DNA of 61,059 bases from an uncultured Methanosarcinales archaeon (GTDB taxonomy: Archaea > Nanobdellota > Nanobdellia > Woesearchaeales > DSVV01), in NCBI GenBank assembly GCA_964385055.1, contig CAYLMH010000006.1, positions 1 to 61,059 of the forward strand, in the 5' to 3' direction. Every line of letters starts with the position of its first letter. Within the stretch, counting starts at the first letter, position 1. Shown here piece after piece: positions 18,900 through 27,839 of the stretch. The notes under the pieces were generated by a model. It ran no database searches. It had not been told where the DNA came from and saw nothing but the letters and a program-made list of their open reading frames with translations. Position numbers and translations under genes: made by a program.

Positions 18900-19739
18900 T
18901 TACTGTACTTGCCGAGCATACCGGACAACGTCACTAGGGGTGGCAAGAACAACACCGCGAGTATATGAAGTAACTGCGTTTCTTTCATACGCAGGAGTTC
19001 TCTCACGAGGAAGCAATGCAATATGCATACCGAGTTGCTGTGGAAGAAGAAGATCTAACTCATAAATGTCTCCTGCAACAAGCACCTGTTCTGGAGCAAC
19101 GCCTTTTTCTTTCATAACGCGAGAAAGAATGTCCGCGTAATTTCTTCGACGAAGATAAAGAGGTCGTCCAAAGCCTAATTCTTCCAAAGATTCAGGAAGA
19201 TCAACCCACGCATCATCAAGGACGTATTTCTTTGCGCCACCAAGAACAGTGATTCGAGAAACATCTGTGCCAAGCAGGTTAATTTTTCCCTGAACAGCGT
19301 CTGTTTCTGAGTTGGTGACCACATACGTTGGGGCAAACTCTTGTGAAGCCATAAATGCTGCTGCCGCATCTTCTTTAAACACAATCGAACATTTAGGATA
19401 ATTTTCTTTAAAGAGTCTGTAAAGAAGCTCATCTCTTTTTTTAGAATCATGTTGATACTCTCCATGTTCAAGAAGAAGAAGATCTCCAATAGTTCTGCAT
19501 TCCACTAAAGGATCTGCATACGCAGGAGCAACGATTTTGCCGTTAACTGTCCAACCATGTTGTGTGGGATTTTCACGAACACGTCTCTCCATAATATTCC
19601 AAAAAGAATTCAAAGCACGCAGAGAAACGTTTAATGCTTTCGCAAAGCCTTCTTTATACCCAACAACAAAACTAACAGCTTCCTCGTCAACCTTTGTTGC
19701 TGTTCCATCAAAATCCCAAACAATAACTTCAATACTCAT
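18900..19739 (-). CDS. HAD-superfamily hydrolase
   Basis: VWDFDGT, VVTNS, GGAKK, VAGDIYELD; start moved to MSIEV. Confidence 0.88.
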   Translation of the reverse strand: MSIEVIVWDFDGTATKVDEEAVSFVVGYKEGFAKALNVSLRALNSFWNIMERRVRENPTQHGWTVNGKIVAPAYADPLVECRTIGDLLLLEHGEYQHDSKKRDELLYRLFKENYPKCSIVFKEDAAAAFMASQEFAPTYVVTNSETDAVQGKINLLGTDVSRITVLGGAKKYVLDDAWVDLPESLEELGFGRPLYLRRRNYADILSRVMKEKGVAPEQVLVAGDIYELDLLLPQQLGMHIALLPRERTPAYERNAVTSYTRGVVLATPSDVVRYARQVQ

Positions 19740-19784
19740 AAACCAAAGAAAAGAAGCATGATTTAAAAAAGTAATCAAGAAATC

Positions 19785-20111
19785 TTATCGTTTTCTCTTA
19801 ATGCAATCCTTCAATAAAACAGTTTCCTGCCGTAATAATTTCGTCTCTGCAATGTGTTCTTTAATGACCACAGAAAGTTCTTCCTTGACATTTTCAAGAA
19901 TCGCAGCAATAATGATGATCACAATCAAAATAAGCCAGAGAAAAACACCTTGAAGTAAACCCCACGAAAAATACCCATCTAAACTATATTGTTTGTAAAG
20001 AAGAAAGAAACCAACAAAGATTACCGCAATCCCCGCAAAGAATAAACCAATCTCAAAGAGATTTAATTTACGATAGAGAATCTGACTTTTTTCTTCAATC
20101 TGAACGCCCAT
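19785..20111 (-). CDS. Hypothetical membrane protein
   Basis: Two TMs followed by a coiled C-terminus. Confidence 0.7.
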   Translation of the reverse strand: MGVQIEEKSQILYRKLNLFEIGLFFAGIAVIFVGFFLLYKQYSLDGYFSWGLLQGVFLWLILIVIIIIAAILENVKEELSVVIKEHIAETKLLRQETVLLKDCIKRKR

Positions 20112-20147
20112 GATAAATTCCTAGAAAGAGAGGTATATATACTTTTC

Positions 20148-21311
20148 TTATTTCTTCACTTTCTTCAATGTGACAAGAATAAACTGCTGTTCACCTTGCC
20201 AAGCAGTATGCTCTTGGACAATCGCAAAATACTCGAGAGCATTTTTCAAAACACCGGTTTTCTGGCAAAGCAAAACCATAATGCCAGTATCCTTCATAAC
20301 AAACTCAAGCTGATAAAAAAACTCTTTATAGAGTTTAAGCATATCTTTTTCAGAAACAGCGCGACCCTCAACAGGCATTTGCGCGACAACAATATCTTGT
20401 GATTTCTCATCGACTTTCGTGTCAATCCATTCAATATCTCCTCGAGCAAAAGTGATATGCTTCGCAACGCCAGCAAGTTTCGCGTGTTTTTTAGACGCTT
20501 CAAGATTACGAAGATGGACATCATAACCGCGAAGAGAAATCGTGTCAAGAACTTTTTTTGGAAGTTCTTTGTCAAACATACCGAGGTCAATCTTCAAGAA
20601 GCGATGGAACAAAAAATTTTGTTTCTGATAAAAGCGTGGAGACATGTGCGTCGCAAAGAGCGCTGCTTCAAGCGGAAGCAAGCCAACACCACAGAGCGGA
20701 TCAACAAGCGCTTGTTTTCCAGTATACCCTGTGTAACGAACCGCGCAATACGCAAACGCCGCGTTGAGCATGTGGGTCTGCGCGTAAATTTTATACTCTC
20801 GTTTGGAGAGGTCAAATCCTGCAAAGTCAATGCCAAGAATGCAAAGATCGTCACGAATAAAACAATAAATAATAATGTCTGGATCGTCAAGACCAACAGA
20901 CGTCTGTGGTTGCTCTCTGAGAAAAACACCACCAAGTGCTGCGGCTGTTTCTTGACTAGTAAAAGAGTGATTACCATAGCGTTCGCATTCCACGCGAAAT
21001 GTTTTTCCAGAAAGAAGCGAGAGATCTGCTTTTTCAAGAAGCGCAGTTGTCGAAGCAACAAGAGAATCAAATGTTGAAAAAGAAAATGTGCCAAAGAGCC
21101 GCAAAACCCTTCGTGCTGCTTGTGTTTTATAGCAGAGTTCCGCAAGTTCCGTATCTGTTGCAGGAAAAGTAATGTATTCTGTTGCGCAAGTAGCCTTTTT
21201 CCCAAGAATTTCTTTCACTTCAAGAGCAGCAATAGCTTCAAACCCACGAAACGTGAGTGTAAGAGCTGGAGAAGCGAGTGTTTTCGAAGCTTTTGCAACT
21301 GTTTTTTTCAT
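20148..21311 (-). CDS. THUMP-domain RNA methyltransferase (Trm14/RlmL-like)
   Basis: TFRGFE..AALEV, THUMP FRVECERYGNHSFTSQE...VGLDDPD, DLSKREY, VDPLCGVG; NPPY motif replaced by QMPV. Confidence 0.88.
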   Translation of the reverse strand: MKKTVAKASKTLASPALTLTFRGFEAIAALEVKEILGKKATCATEYITFPATDTELAELCYKTQAARRVLRLFGTFSFSTFDSLVASTTALLEKADLSLLSGKTFRVECERYGNHSFTSQETAAALGGVFLREQPQTSVGLDDPDIIIYCFIRDDLCILGIDFAGFDLSKREYKIYAQTHMLNAAFAYCAVRYTGYTGKQALVDPLCGVGLLPLEAALFATHMSPRFYQKQNFLFHRFLKIDLGMFDKELPKKVLDTISLRGYDVHLRNLEASKKHAKLAGVAKHITFARGDIEWIDTKVDEKSQDIVVAQMPVEGRAVSEKDMLKLYKEFFYQLEFVMKDTGIMVLLCQKTGVLKNALEYFAIVQEHTAWQGEQQFILVTLKKVKK

Positions 21312-21377
21312 ATAAAGTAAAAAACAAGAACATGCTTTTAAAACTTCTGAAAGAAAAGAAAAAAAGAAACAACAAAA

Positions 21378-21560
21378 TCAAGAAAACTGATCTGTTGTAT
21401 ATTTCTGCTTGTTGACAGTCGTTGTTGATTTGGAAGAAGTGTCTTTAGTAACACTTCGACTAAGTCCTGTCGCTTTCCCTGCGCGCTGTCGTGACTGCCA
21501 TAAACCTGCTGGCTCGTTCTCACGAGCAGTTCGTCCTGTGCTTTTTCCTTTGATTGCCAT
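21378..21560 (-). CDS. Small basic G/S/T/K-rich peptide 5 (60 aa)
   Basis: MAIKGKSTGRTARENEPAGLWQSRQRAGKATGLSRS...; starts 5 nt after the stop of peptide 4. Confidence 0.65.
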   Translation of the reverse strand: MAIKGKSTGRTARENEPAGLWQSRQRAGKATGLSRSVTKDTSSKSTTTVNKQKYTTDQFS

Positions 21561-21565
21561 AAAAA

Positions 21566-21732
21566 TTATTTGCGAGATACTTTTCCTAGACCTCTCTTTG
21601 CAGCAAGCCCTGATGCACCATATGACTGTCCAGAACCTGTTGTGGTAAATGTATGACCCGCTTTAAGACCTGTTTTATCTGCACTAACTCCTTTTTGTCC
21701 TTTTCTTCCTTGTCCTTCTGTATTACTCCCAT
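21566..21732 (-). pseudogene. Small basic peptide 4 with apparent 1-nt frameshift after the ATG
   Basis: AGGAGG RBS + ATG, but the family-like frame GSNTEGQGRKGQKGVSADKTGLKAGHTFTTTGSGQSYGASGLAAKRGLGKVSRK* is offset by 1 nt. Confidence 0.6.
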
Positions 21733-21759
21733 TAAAATCATCCTCCTTTTTTTATCAAA

Positions 21760-21930
21760 TTATGAACGTTTTTTCAATCCAAGACCACGTGAAGCAGCAA
21801 ACCCTCCTGATTCATTAGCCCCTTTCTGACCAGAACCAGACTGTGCTTTAACAGTTCTTGCTATATTTTTTTCAGAGGTGTCAGTAAATCCCTTCCGTGC
21901 TTGCGTCAGTGTATGTCCTCGAACAACCAT
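21760..21930 (-). CDS. Small basic peptide 3 (56 aa, absent from the ORF track)
   Basis: MVVRGHTLTQARKGFTDTSEKNIARTVKAQSGSGQKGANESGGFAASRGLGLKKRS; GAGAGG upstream. Confidence 0.75.
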   Translation of the reverse strand: MVVRGHTLTQARKGFTDTSEKNIARTVKAQSGSGQKGANESGGFAASRGLGLKKRS

Positions 21931-21945
21931 GATATTCGCCTCTCG

Positions 21946-22116
21946 TTAATTTCTTTTTACTTTACCGCCAAATTGACGTTTTGAAGTAAATTTGCTGTCT
22001 GCTTGACCTTGTACAAAGTCATTTTCGTGTTTTTTTCCGCCAGAAGATTTAGCGCCTGAAGCACTTACAGACATACTTCCACTTTTTTTGTTTGTATAGC
22101 TTTTATCAACCATCAT
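21946..22116 (-). CDS. Small basic peptide 2 (56 aa, absent from the ORF track)
   Basis: MMVDKSYTNKKSGSMSVSASGAKSSGGKKHENDFVQGQADSKFTSKRQFGGKVKRN; AGGTGAG RBS. Confidence 0.75.
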   Translation of the reverse strand: MMVDKSYTNKKSGSMSVSASGAKSSGGKKHENDFVQGQADSKFTSKRQFGGKVKRN

Positions 22117-22161
22117 CTCACCTTTTTTGTTAATAATCTTTTAATAAATAAAATAATCAAA

Positions 22162-22326
22162 TTAATTTTTACGTTTCAAACCAGTTCCTTTGAAACCAAG
22201 TTGTGTTCCCTCAGAACCCATAGTTCCACCAGGAGAATTCCCTGTTTTGTTTCGAGCTCCTGCACTTGCAGTTGCTTTTACTCCTCCTGATTTTTTACTT
22301 GTTGCAGTTGTTTTTGCATCTCCCAT
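22162..22326 (-). CDS. Small basic peptide 1 (54 aa)
   Basis: MGDAKTTATSKKSGGVKATASAGARNKTGNSPGGTMGSEGTQLGFKGTGLKRKN; GAGGTG RBS. Confidence 0.75.
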   Translation of the reverse strand: MGDAKTTATSKKSGGVKATASAGARNKTGNSPGGTMGSEGTQLGFKGTGLKRKN

Positions 22327-22370
22327 GTAATACACCTCTTTTATGTAACAGTATTCTCGGAAAAGAATAG

Positions 22371-22384
22371 TATATAAACTTTGC
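22371..22384 (-). promoter_or_regulatory. Putative archaeal BRE/TATA promoter of the peptide array
   Basis: Minus strand CAAAGTTTATATA about 45 nt upstream of ATG 22326. Confidence 0.5.
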
Positions 22385-22540
22385 GAAAATGAGAGAACAG
22401 AAAAATGAGAAAAGGAGTATCTCTCGGTAACAAAGAATGAAAAGCAAAAAACAGAAAAGACACACAAACCTTATAAAGACAGTTATATAATCATTATAAA
22501 ATTCAGCTCACAAAGAGAAGAGAAGGAAATATAAAGAAGT

Positions 22541-23011
22541 GTGTATCAGAGAGTGTGTGAAAACATGAGAGATCAACTGGAAGAAGCATACGAAGAATTG
22601 AAACGCGTCGATCACTTGATCTATGTCAGCTTAAAATATACCAGGACAACAGACGTGCTCAAGAATGTTGTTGACAGAATGATTGCAACATGCGAATGCA
22701 TGATGAACGCGCTTGGCGAGCATGCGAAAAGCACAGGAAAAGTAAAAAGCTTAACTCCGCATCCAATGATGAAATGCAAAGAGTTAAAGCGCCTTTATCC
22801 AGAAGACAAAACATTAATGAATTTCTTGGAATTTTACATTCTCATAAAAACATTAAGCAAAGCAGAGTATAACAGCATTAACGAATACAGGAGACATGTC
22901 ACGCTTATCGCGCAACTTGATGAAGGAGAATATCATGTGCACATTGATAAAGTAACAGAGTTTTACAAGAATATGAAGGAATATTTTGATTATATCAAAG
23001 CATTGATGTAA
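22541..23011 (+). CDS. Conserved hypothetical helical protein
   Basis: EELKRVDHLIYVSLKYTRTTDV...EYRRHVT; likely start MRDQLE; co-oriented with minD. Confidence 0.75.
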   Translation: MYQRVCENMRDQLEEAYEELKRVDHLIYVSLKYTRTTDVLKNVVDRMIATCECMMNALGEHAKSTGKVKSLTPHPMMKCKELKRLYPEDKTLMNFLEFYILIKTLSKAEYNSINEYRRHVTLIAQLDEGEYHVHIDKVTEFYKNMKEYFDYIKALM

Positions 23012-23026
23012 AAGAAGTGACCTGTA

Positions 23027-23815
23027 ATGACAAAATACTTTGCAGTAATTAGTGCAAAAGGGGGCGTGGGAAAAACAACCACCTCAATCAATCTTGCAAG
23101 CGCGCTGTCATTTTTTGGCAGAAATGTCATTGCGATTGACGCGGATCTTACTGCGCCAAATATGTCTATTCATCTTGGCGTTCCAACACTCCCTTCTTCT
23201 ATCCATGACGCCCTCGACGGAAAAGTACCATTGAGTTCTTGTTTGTATTATCATCCCTGTGGACTTCGCATTATTCCGGGAAACATCGCGTATGAAAGTT
23301 CAAAAGCAATTAATCTTGCAGGGTTCAAAACAATAATTCATGAACTCGACGGAAAAGCAGAGCTTGTTATTGTTGATGGAGCGCCAGGCGTGAGCCCAGA
23401 AGCGCAGACGATTATCGACGCAGTGGATTTTGTTCTTCCAATCACTACGCCGGATTTGGCGGCGATGAGTGACGCGCGAAAAACAATCAAGATGGCGCGA
23501 GAACTGAATAAACAAGTGGTGGGAATTATTGTCAACAGAGTTCGTGGAGAAGAGCATGAAATTGATATTCAAAATATTGAAGCGTTTCTTGAAGTGCCTG
23601 TGATTGGTGTTATTCCTGAAGAGAGCAGTGTCCGTGCTGCGTATCAGTTGAAGGGTCCTGTTCTTTATACGCATCCTGATGGTGAAGTTGCGCTTGCGTA
23701 CAAAAAACTTGCGGCAAAAGTAATTGGCGAAGAATTTCAGGATGGACTTGAACCAAGAAAAATGCCTTCAGTAGCGCATGATTTTCTTGCGGGATGGAAT
23801 ATAATTAAGAGATAA
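23027..23815 (+). CDS. minD: MinD/ParA-family ATPase
   Basis: SAKGGVGKTT, IDADL..PN, IVDGAPG, IIVNRV, IPEE. Confidence 0.92.
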   Translation: MTKYFAVISAKGGVGKTTTSINLASALSFFGRNVIAIDADLTAPNMSIHLGVPTLPSSIHDALDGKVPLSSCLYYHPCGLRIIPGNIAYESSKAINLAGFKTIIHELDGKAELVIVDGAPGVSPEAQTIIDAVDFVLPITTPDLAAMSDARKTIKMARELNKQVVGIIVNRVRGEEHEIDIQNIEAFLEVPVIGVIPEESSVRAAYQLKGPVLYTHPDGEVALAYKKLAAKVIGEEFQDGLEPRKMPSVAHDFLAGWNIIKR

Positions 23816-23827
23816 AAAGAAAAAAAA

Positions 23828-24319
23828 TTATTCTTTATCTATTTTTGTGACATACTTATTTAAGGATAGAGAGCCATTATACTCAGGAGTAAGTGTGTAT
23901 TTAACATCTCCTTTTGTATGAGTTAAACTCCCAAATGTATCACTTACAAGACGGAGTTCTAACACAGCCGAAGAACCTTGGCAAGAAATTACTCCCACTG
24001 TATTGTTATTTCTATCATATTCCTGTGCATAACGCAAACAACCTTTTTCAGGAAGAACAAGACCTGCTGCCTTTAAGTCAGCTTGTTTTTGATCGTATGC
24101 TGCGGAAGTTTCTCGTAATGTCGTATTTCTTCCATCACTAACTCCTGCTTGGTAAAGTGCATTTCCGCCAAAATATAATCCTGTCCCAAGAGCACCTAAT
24201 CCTACTGCCCATGCTGTTGCTTTTCCAAACATTTCCCAACCTTCATTTCTTTCACTCATTTTCATTTCACCTTTTGTCATCTCTTTTTTGTTGTTTCTGT
24301 AATCTATGACTTTCGTCAC
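23828..24319 (-). CDS. Hypothetical membrane-anchored protein (likely start MSERNE, 24259)
   Basis: Single TM AWAVGLGALGTGLYFGG; GGTGA RBS. Confidence 0.65.
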   Translation of the reverse strand: MTKVIDYRNNKKEMTKGEMKMSERNEGWEMFGKATAWAVGLGALGTGLYFGGNALYQAGVSDGRNTTLRETSAAYDQKQADLKAAGLVLPEKGCLRYAQEYDRNNNTVGVISCQGSSAVLELRLVSDTFGSLTHTKGDVKYTLTPEYNGSLSLNKYVTKIDKE

Positions 24320-24422
24320 GATAAGATAGTCACAGAAACAGTTATTTATATTTTTCTTATATTATTAATATGAATAATATAAAAAGCAAAAGTATAAAAG
24401 AAACAGCATCTTTCCAAGAAGA

Positions 24423-25286
24423 ATGAAGCGAAAACTGATCAAACAAGGCGCAGGAGGATTTACGATCACCCTTCCTGTAGAATGGGTAAGGGCCCACAAT
24501 CTTTCAGGAGAGGAAGAAGTGACAATTGAAGAGAGTCATGGAAATCTTCTTATTGCAGCAGAATATCAAAAGCAGGAGAGAGCAAAGACGTTTGAAATAA
24601 AGAATCACAATGATTCACGAATAAGAACAATTCTTGCTTCTGCGTATAGAAGAGGGTATACAACAATAACATTGAGAAGCACTAAAGACTTTTCTTACGC
24701 ATCAATGCAACGCATTGTCGATACCTTACTCGGATTAGTCATTGTAAAGCAAAGTAAAAGAGAAGTAATTATCAAAAATATACTGGAGATTGACACAGCA
24801 ACGCTTGCAACAGTGTTACAGAAGTTTTTTACGTCAATTACAGTGCTTCAAGAAGAAGTTTTAGAAAACATCAAGGAAAAGAAAACTGCAAAAGAAGCAG
24901 AAGATTTGAGAATATCTATCCTAAAACTAAGAGATTACTGTCAACTTATAATCAATAAAACTGCGTTCCAAAATGATAAATGCTATGAATATTATACCCT
25001 TGTTTTTCTTGCAGAGAAAATTGCAGGGTGTTATGTAGACATTGGAAGAACAAAAAAAGTATGGTCAAACCATGAATATGGACTTCTTAAGGAAAAAACT
25101 GATGCTTTTGCTGCGCTGCAATCCGCACTCTTTGCAAACAAACTCGAAGAAGCAATGCACATAAACACAATGCTTTCTGATGTGCGAAAAAAAGAACTGA
25201 AAGGTGTTCCTATGTCTCTTTCTATGCACACCATTTCAGAATATTTATTTGCGCTTTCATCGCATGTAGTGGCGCTCCTTATTTAA
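24423..25286 (+). CDS. AbrB/SpoVT + PhoU-like transcriptional regulator
   Basis: MKRKLIKQG...TITLPVEWV N-terminal AbrB fold; RTILASAYRRGY; PhoU-like helical C-terminus. Confidence 0.82.
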   Translation: MKRKLIKQGAGGFTITLPVEWVRAHNLSGEEEVTIEESHGNLLIAAEYQKQERAKTFEIKNHNDSRIRTILASAYRRGYTTITLRSTKDFSYASMQRIVDTLLGLVIVKQSKREVIIKNILEIDTATLATVLQKFFTSITVLQEEVLENIKEKKTAKEAEDLRISILKLRDYCQLIINKTAFQNDKCYEYYTLVFLAEKIAGCYVDIGRTKKVWSNHEYGLLKEKTDAFAALQSALFANKLEEAMHINTMLSDVRKKELKGVPMSLSMHTISEYLFALSSHVVALLI

Positions 25287-26584
25287 GAATCTGCCAAACG
25301 AATATCGGCATAGGAGTTATGCAGGGAGAAAATAGAGAATGGACTCTCCGGACCATACGTTCGATAATTATCGCGCATAAACGCAAAATGAGCAAAAACT
25401 TGAGCAAGAACTGTAGGCTCCATCAACCCTAATTTTGTCATCATCTGTCTGACCACATGATCAACTGCTAAATTATAAGGCTGATACTGCTGAACTAAAT
25501 CAGAAACAGCATCAGGTTGTTGTTGAGTGAGCGTGTTTAACGTTGTTGTAACCCCGGAGTTCTGCATTTCTTGATGTGCAAAAATCATAGACGCATACAT
25601 CAACAAACGAGCACCCTGAGGAACAGGATCATCAGCAATATTTTCTTTTGTTTTGCATGCATCATTATAACAATAAGCAAGTTCCAGAAGGTTTCTATAT
25701 ACACGAGAAATTTGATATGCAAATAAAGCACAGGTAGGATCTCGTCCTTCGTTCACTGCACTTTCCATAACAATGTCATTTTTTGCTTTTTCAACTGCAG
25801 TATAGCGCGGTAAGAAGAAGTCTGCCTCTGCTTTTCTGCGAAGCCAATATGTATTGGAAAAGAGATAAGGAGTGTCAAGTAAAAACGAATCGGGATGTCC
25901 TTCAAAAACGCCACCAAGATCAAGACGAACATCTTCTACCCAATTACGACCATTTGCTTCAATAAACCAACGTTTTTCAGATTGTAAAAGAGGTGCAAAG
26001 CGTTGTTCAAGAGTTGCAAGAAAATCAAAGAGTGTCGATGGCACATCGATACCTTCTAAATGAGTATACCTCCCTTTAACTTTTGCGGTGTAAGGAGTAT
26101 TGTTTATAGCAAAAGGAGTTGCTCCAAGCGCTTTGATTTTTTCTTCTTCTTTCAAGAGAAGTCGAGCTTTCTGTTCTTTAGGTAATATCTCTGGTAAGAC
26201 ACCATCCATAACAGAAGCAACTGCATATTTCTCTCGTAAAAGCGCAATATAATGAGGAACATCCAACGCAGGATCAAAAAAGATCTTTTCAAAAAAGGTT
26301 GTGCCAGGAACATAATCCATAACAAAGCCCTCTTCGTCTTCAGAGCGAATATGAGGAACAGAAAATCCTCGTTGAGCATACTCGCGAAGTAAAAAAGTCT
26401 CTAAAGTTCGATCAGGACCAGTAACAAATTTACGGATCGAACCACCAACAACGCGAAAGTCCCCAGGTGGACCAGAAATAACACGAAACACTTCCTCCTC
26501 TGCTCCAGGAATAAATGCATATTCTGCTTGAGCGATAGTTCTTCCATTTCTTCCGCTAAGATCTTTGCATAACAGATAAGTCAT
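25283..26584 (-). CDS. Hypothetical protein with APH/kinase-like region
   Basis: GFSVPHI...FVMDYVPGTT; FIEANGRNW...RLDLG...GHP aligns loosely with the Brenner/DFG regions. Confidence 0.5.
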   Translation of the reverse strand: MTYLLCKDLSGRNGRTIAQAEYAFIPGAEEEVFRVISGPPGDFRVVGGSIRKFVTGPDRTLETFLLREYAQRGFSVPHIRSEDEEGFVMDYVPGTTFFEKIFFDPALDVPHYIALLREKYAVASVMDGVLPEILPKEQKARLLLKEEEKIKALGATPFAINNTPYTAKVKGRYTHLEGIDVPSTLFDFLATLEQRFAPLLQSEKRWFIEANGRNWVEDVRLDLGGVFEGHPDSFLLDTPYLFSNTYWLRRKAEADFFLPRYTAVEKAKNDIVMESAVNEGRDPTCALFAYQISRVYRNLLELAYCYNDACKTKENIADDPVPQGARLLMYASMIFAHQEMQNSGVTTTLNTLTQQQPDAVSDLVQQYQPYNLAVDHVVRQMMTKLGLMEPTVLAQVFAHFAFMRDNYRTYGPESPFSIFSLHNSYADIRLADS

Positions 26585-26713
26585 TTATTTCTCCTCAGTA
26601 ACCTCCTAACACCGCCCCTTTATATATTTTCCCATCATTAACCACTAAACAGTAACGAATTAAGAAAAACAAGCGAAACATTTAAATATAAAATATAGTT
26701 TATAATATATAAA

Positions 26714-26908
26714 ATGACCACCACTGTAGCAGTCAAGGAAGAAACGTTTCATATGTTGCAAGAAGTAAAAGCAGAGCAGGAAGCAGAAAGCTTTGATGAA
26801 GTCATCAAAAAATTAATTTTAGCAGCGAAAAAACCAAAGAAATCCTATTTTGGCGCATTTCCAAAACTAGGAACGTTCAAGAGGGAAGAACTTGACCGTC
26901 TTAATTGA
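26714..26908 (+). CDS. vapB: VapB-type antitoxin
   Basis: MTTTVAVKEET...ESFDEVIKKLI...SYFGA; overlaps the downstream PIN gene. Confidence 0.85.
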   Translation: MTTTVAVKEETFHMLQEVKAEQEAESFDEVIKKLILAAKKPKKSYFGAFPKLGTFKREELDRLN

Positions 26909-27266
26909 TTCTAATTTATGGATAGAATATTTTTCTGGAGCAATGCTTGGGAAAAAAGTGCAAGCACTTATTGAAGGAGAAGAAAAGATCGTGATAAGCG
27001 CAATAAACATTGCAGAAATATATCGACATGTGCTGAGCAAGAGAAATAAAGCAGATGCAGAAAGAGCGAATGAAATTCTCCTGCAATATAGTTTTAGTAT
27101 TCCTGTAACAAATGAGATCGCAAAAGCAGCTGCAATTCTAAAGCATGAAAAAAAAATAGGACTTGCAGATGCAATTATTTACGCAACAGCAACACAGGAA
27201 AATGCGCAAGTAATAACAGCAGACAATGATTTCAGAGGATTTGAAAATACACAAATAATTTCGTAA
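26892..27266 (+). CDS. vapC: VapC PIN-domain toxin
   Basis: VLIDSNLWIEY, NIAEI, LADAIIYATA, ITADNDF. Confidence 0.93.
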   Translation: MTVLIDSNLWIEYFSGAMLGKKVQALIEGEEKIVISAINIAEIYRHVLSKRNKADAERANEILLQYSFSIPVTNEIAKAAAILKHEKKIGLADAIIYATATQENAQVITADNDFRGFENTQIIS

Positions 27267-27308
27267 TAAACGCAAAACTATAATAACCCCTTCTCCCATA
27301 AAAGCGCT

Positions 27309-27827
27309 ATGTCCAAGAAGAAGCAAACAAAGGAAGCAAAAAAATCAAACAGCGCACCGCATCCGCAAATCATGAAGAGTGAAATAGCAATCATGCAGAG
27401 CATTGCGCAGAAGAAGAGTGGCGTCGAACAAAAAATGGAACATTTTGTCGCGATGACTGCAATGCTTCTCTTAATTTTCACAAACATTCTCGGTGCAGTC
27501 TTGCTCATTCCATTTTTATTATTCTTTGAAGGATTTGCGCAATATGTGATTGTTGGAATGTTCGCAGTGGGGTTTGGTCTTATTTTCAACTTCATGATTC
27601 ATTCCATCGAACATTTAGGTGACAAACATCATCTTATCGCAGGCATTGTCGTCCCGACATTCGCATTATTAGATCTTATTATTCTCTTTACACTACTCGA
27701 AAAAATAAAAGAAGTCTTGAAGGTACAAACAGAGTACAATTATGCGTTGATCATTGTACTGTTTGTCATCGCGTTCCTTGTCCCGTATGTCATTGATATT
27801 ATCCGAGGAAAGCATAAGTTTCAATAA
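27309..27827 (+). CDS. Hypothetical membrane protein
   Basis: About four TMs. Confidence 0.75.
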   Translation: MSKKKQTKEAKKSNSAPHPQIMKSEIAIMQSIAQKKSGVEQKMEHFVAMTAMLLLIFTNILGAVLLIPFLLFFEGFAQYVIVGMFAVGFGLIFNFMIHSIEHLGDKHHLIAGIVVPTFALLDLIILFTLLEKIKEVLKVQTEYNYALIIVLFVIAFLVPYVIDIIRGKHKFQ

Positions 27828-27839
27828 AGAGGATTCTTC

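Noticed and set aside
18575-19021. Short ORFs at 18575-18775, 18583-18885, 18654-18839 and 18821-19021
   Set aside because: They overlap the RNase P RNA or the HAD gene and have no protein motifs.
20457-21205. Long ORFs 20457-21077 (+) and 20594-21205 (-), and similar shadow ORFs such as 59167-59805 and 54841-55410
   Set aside because: Antisense or alternative frames of well-supported genes, with no motifs.
21586-21732. 48-aa ATG-frame product MGVIQKDKEEK... as the real gene
   Set aside because: No similarity to neighbours, whereas the shifted frame matches peptide 3; kept only as an alternative.
26714-27266. vapBC as a marker of an integrated mobile element
   Set aside because: No integrase, transposase, att-like repeats or phage/plasmid genes nearby.
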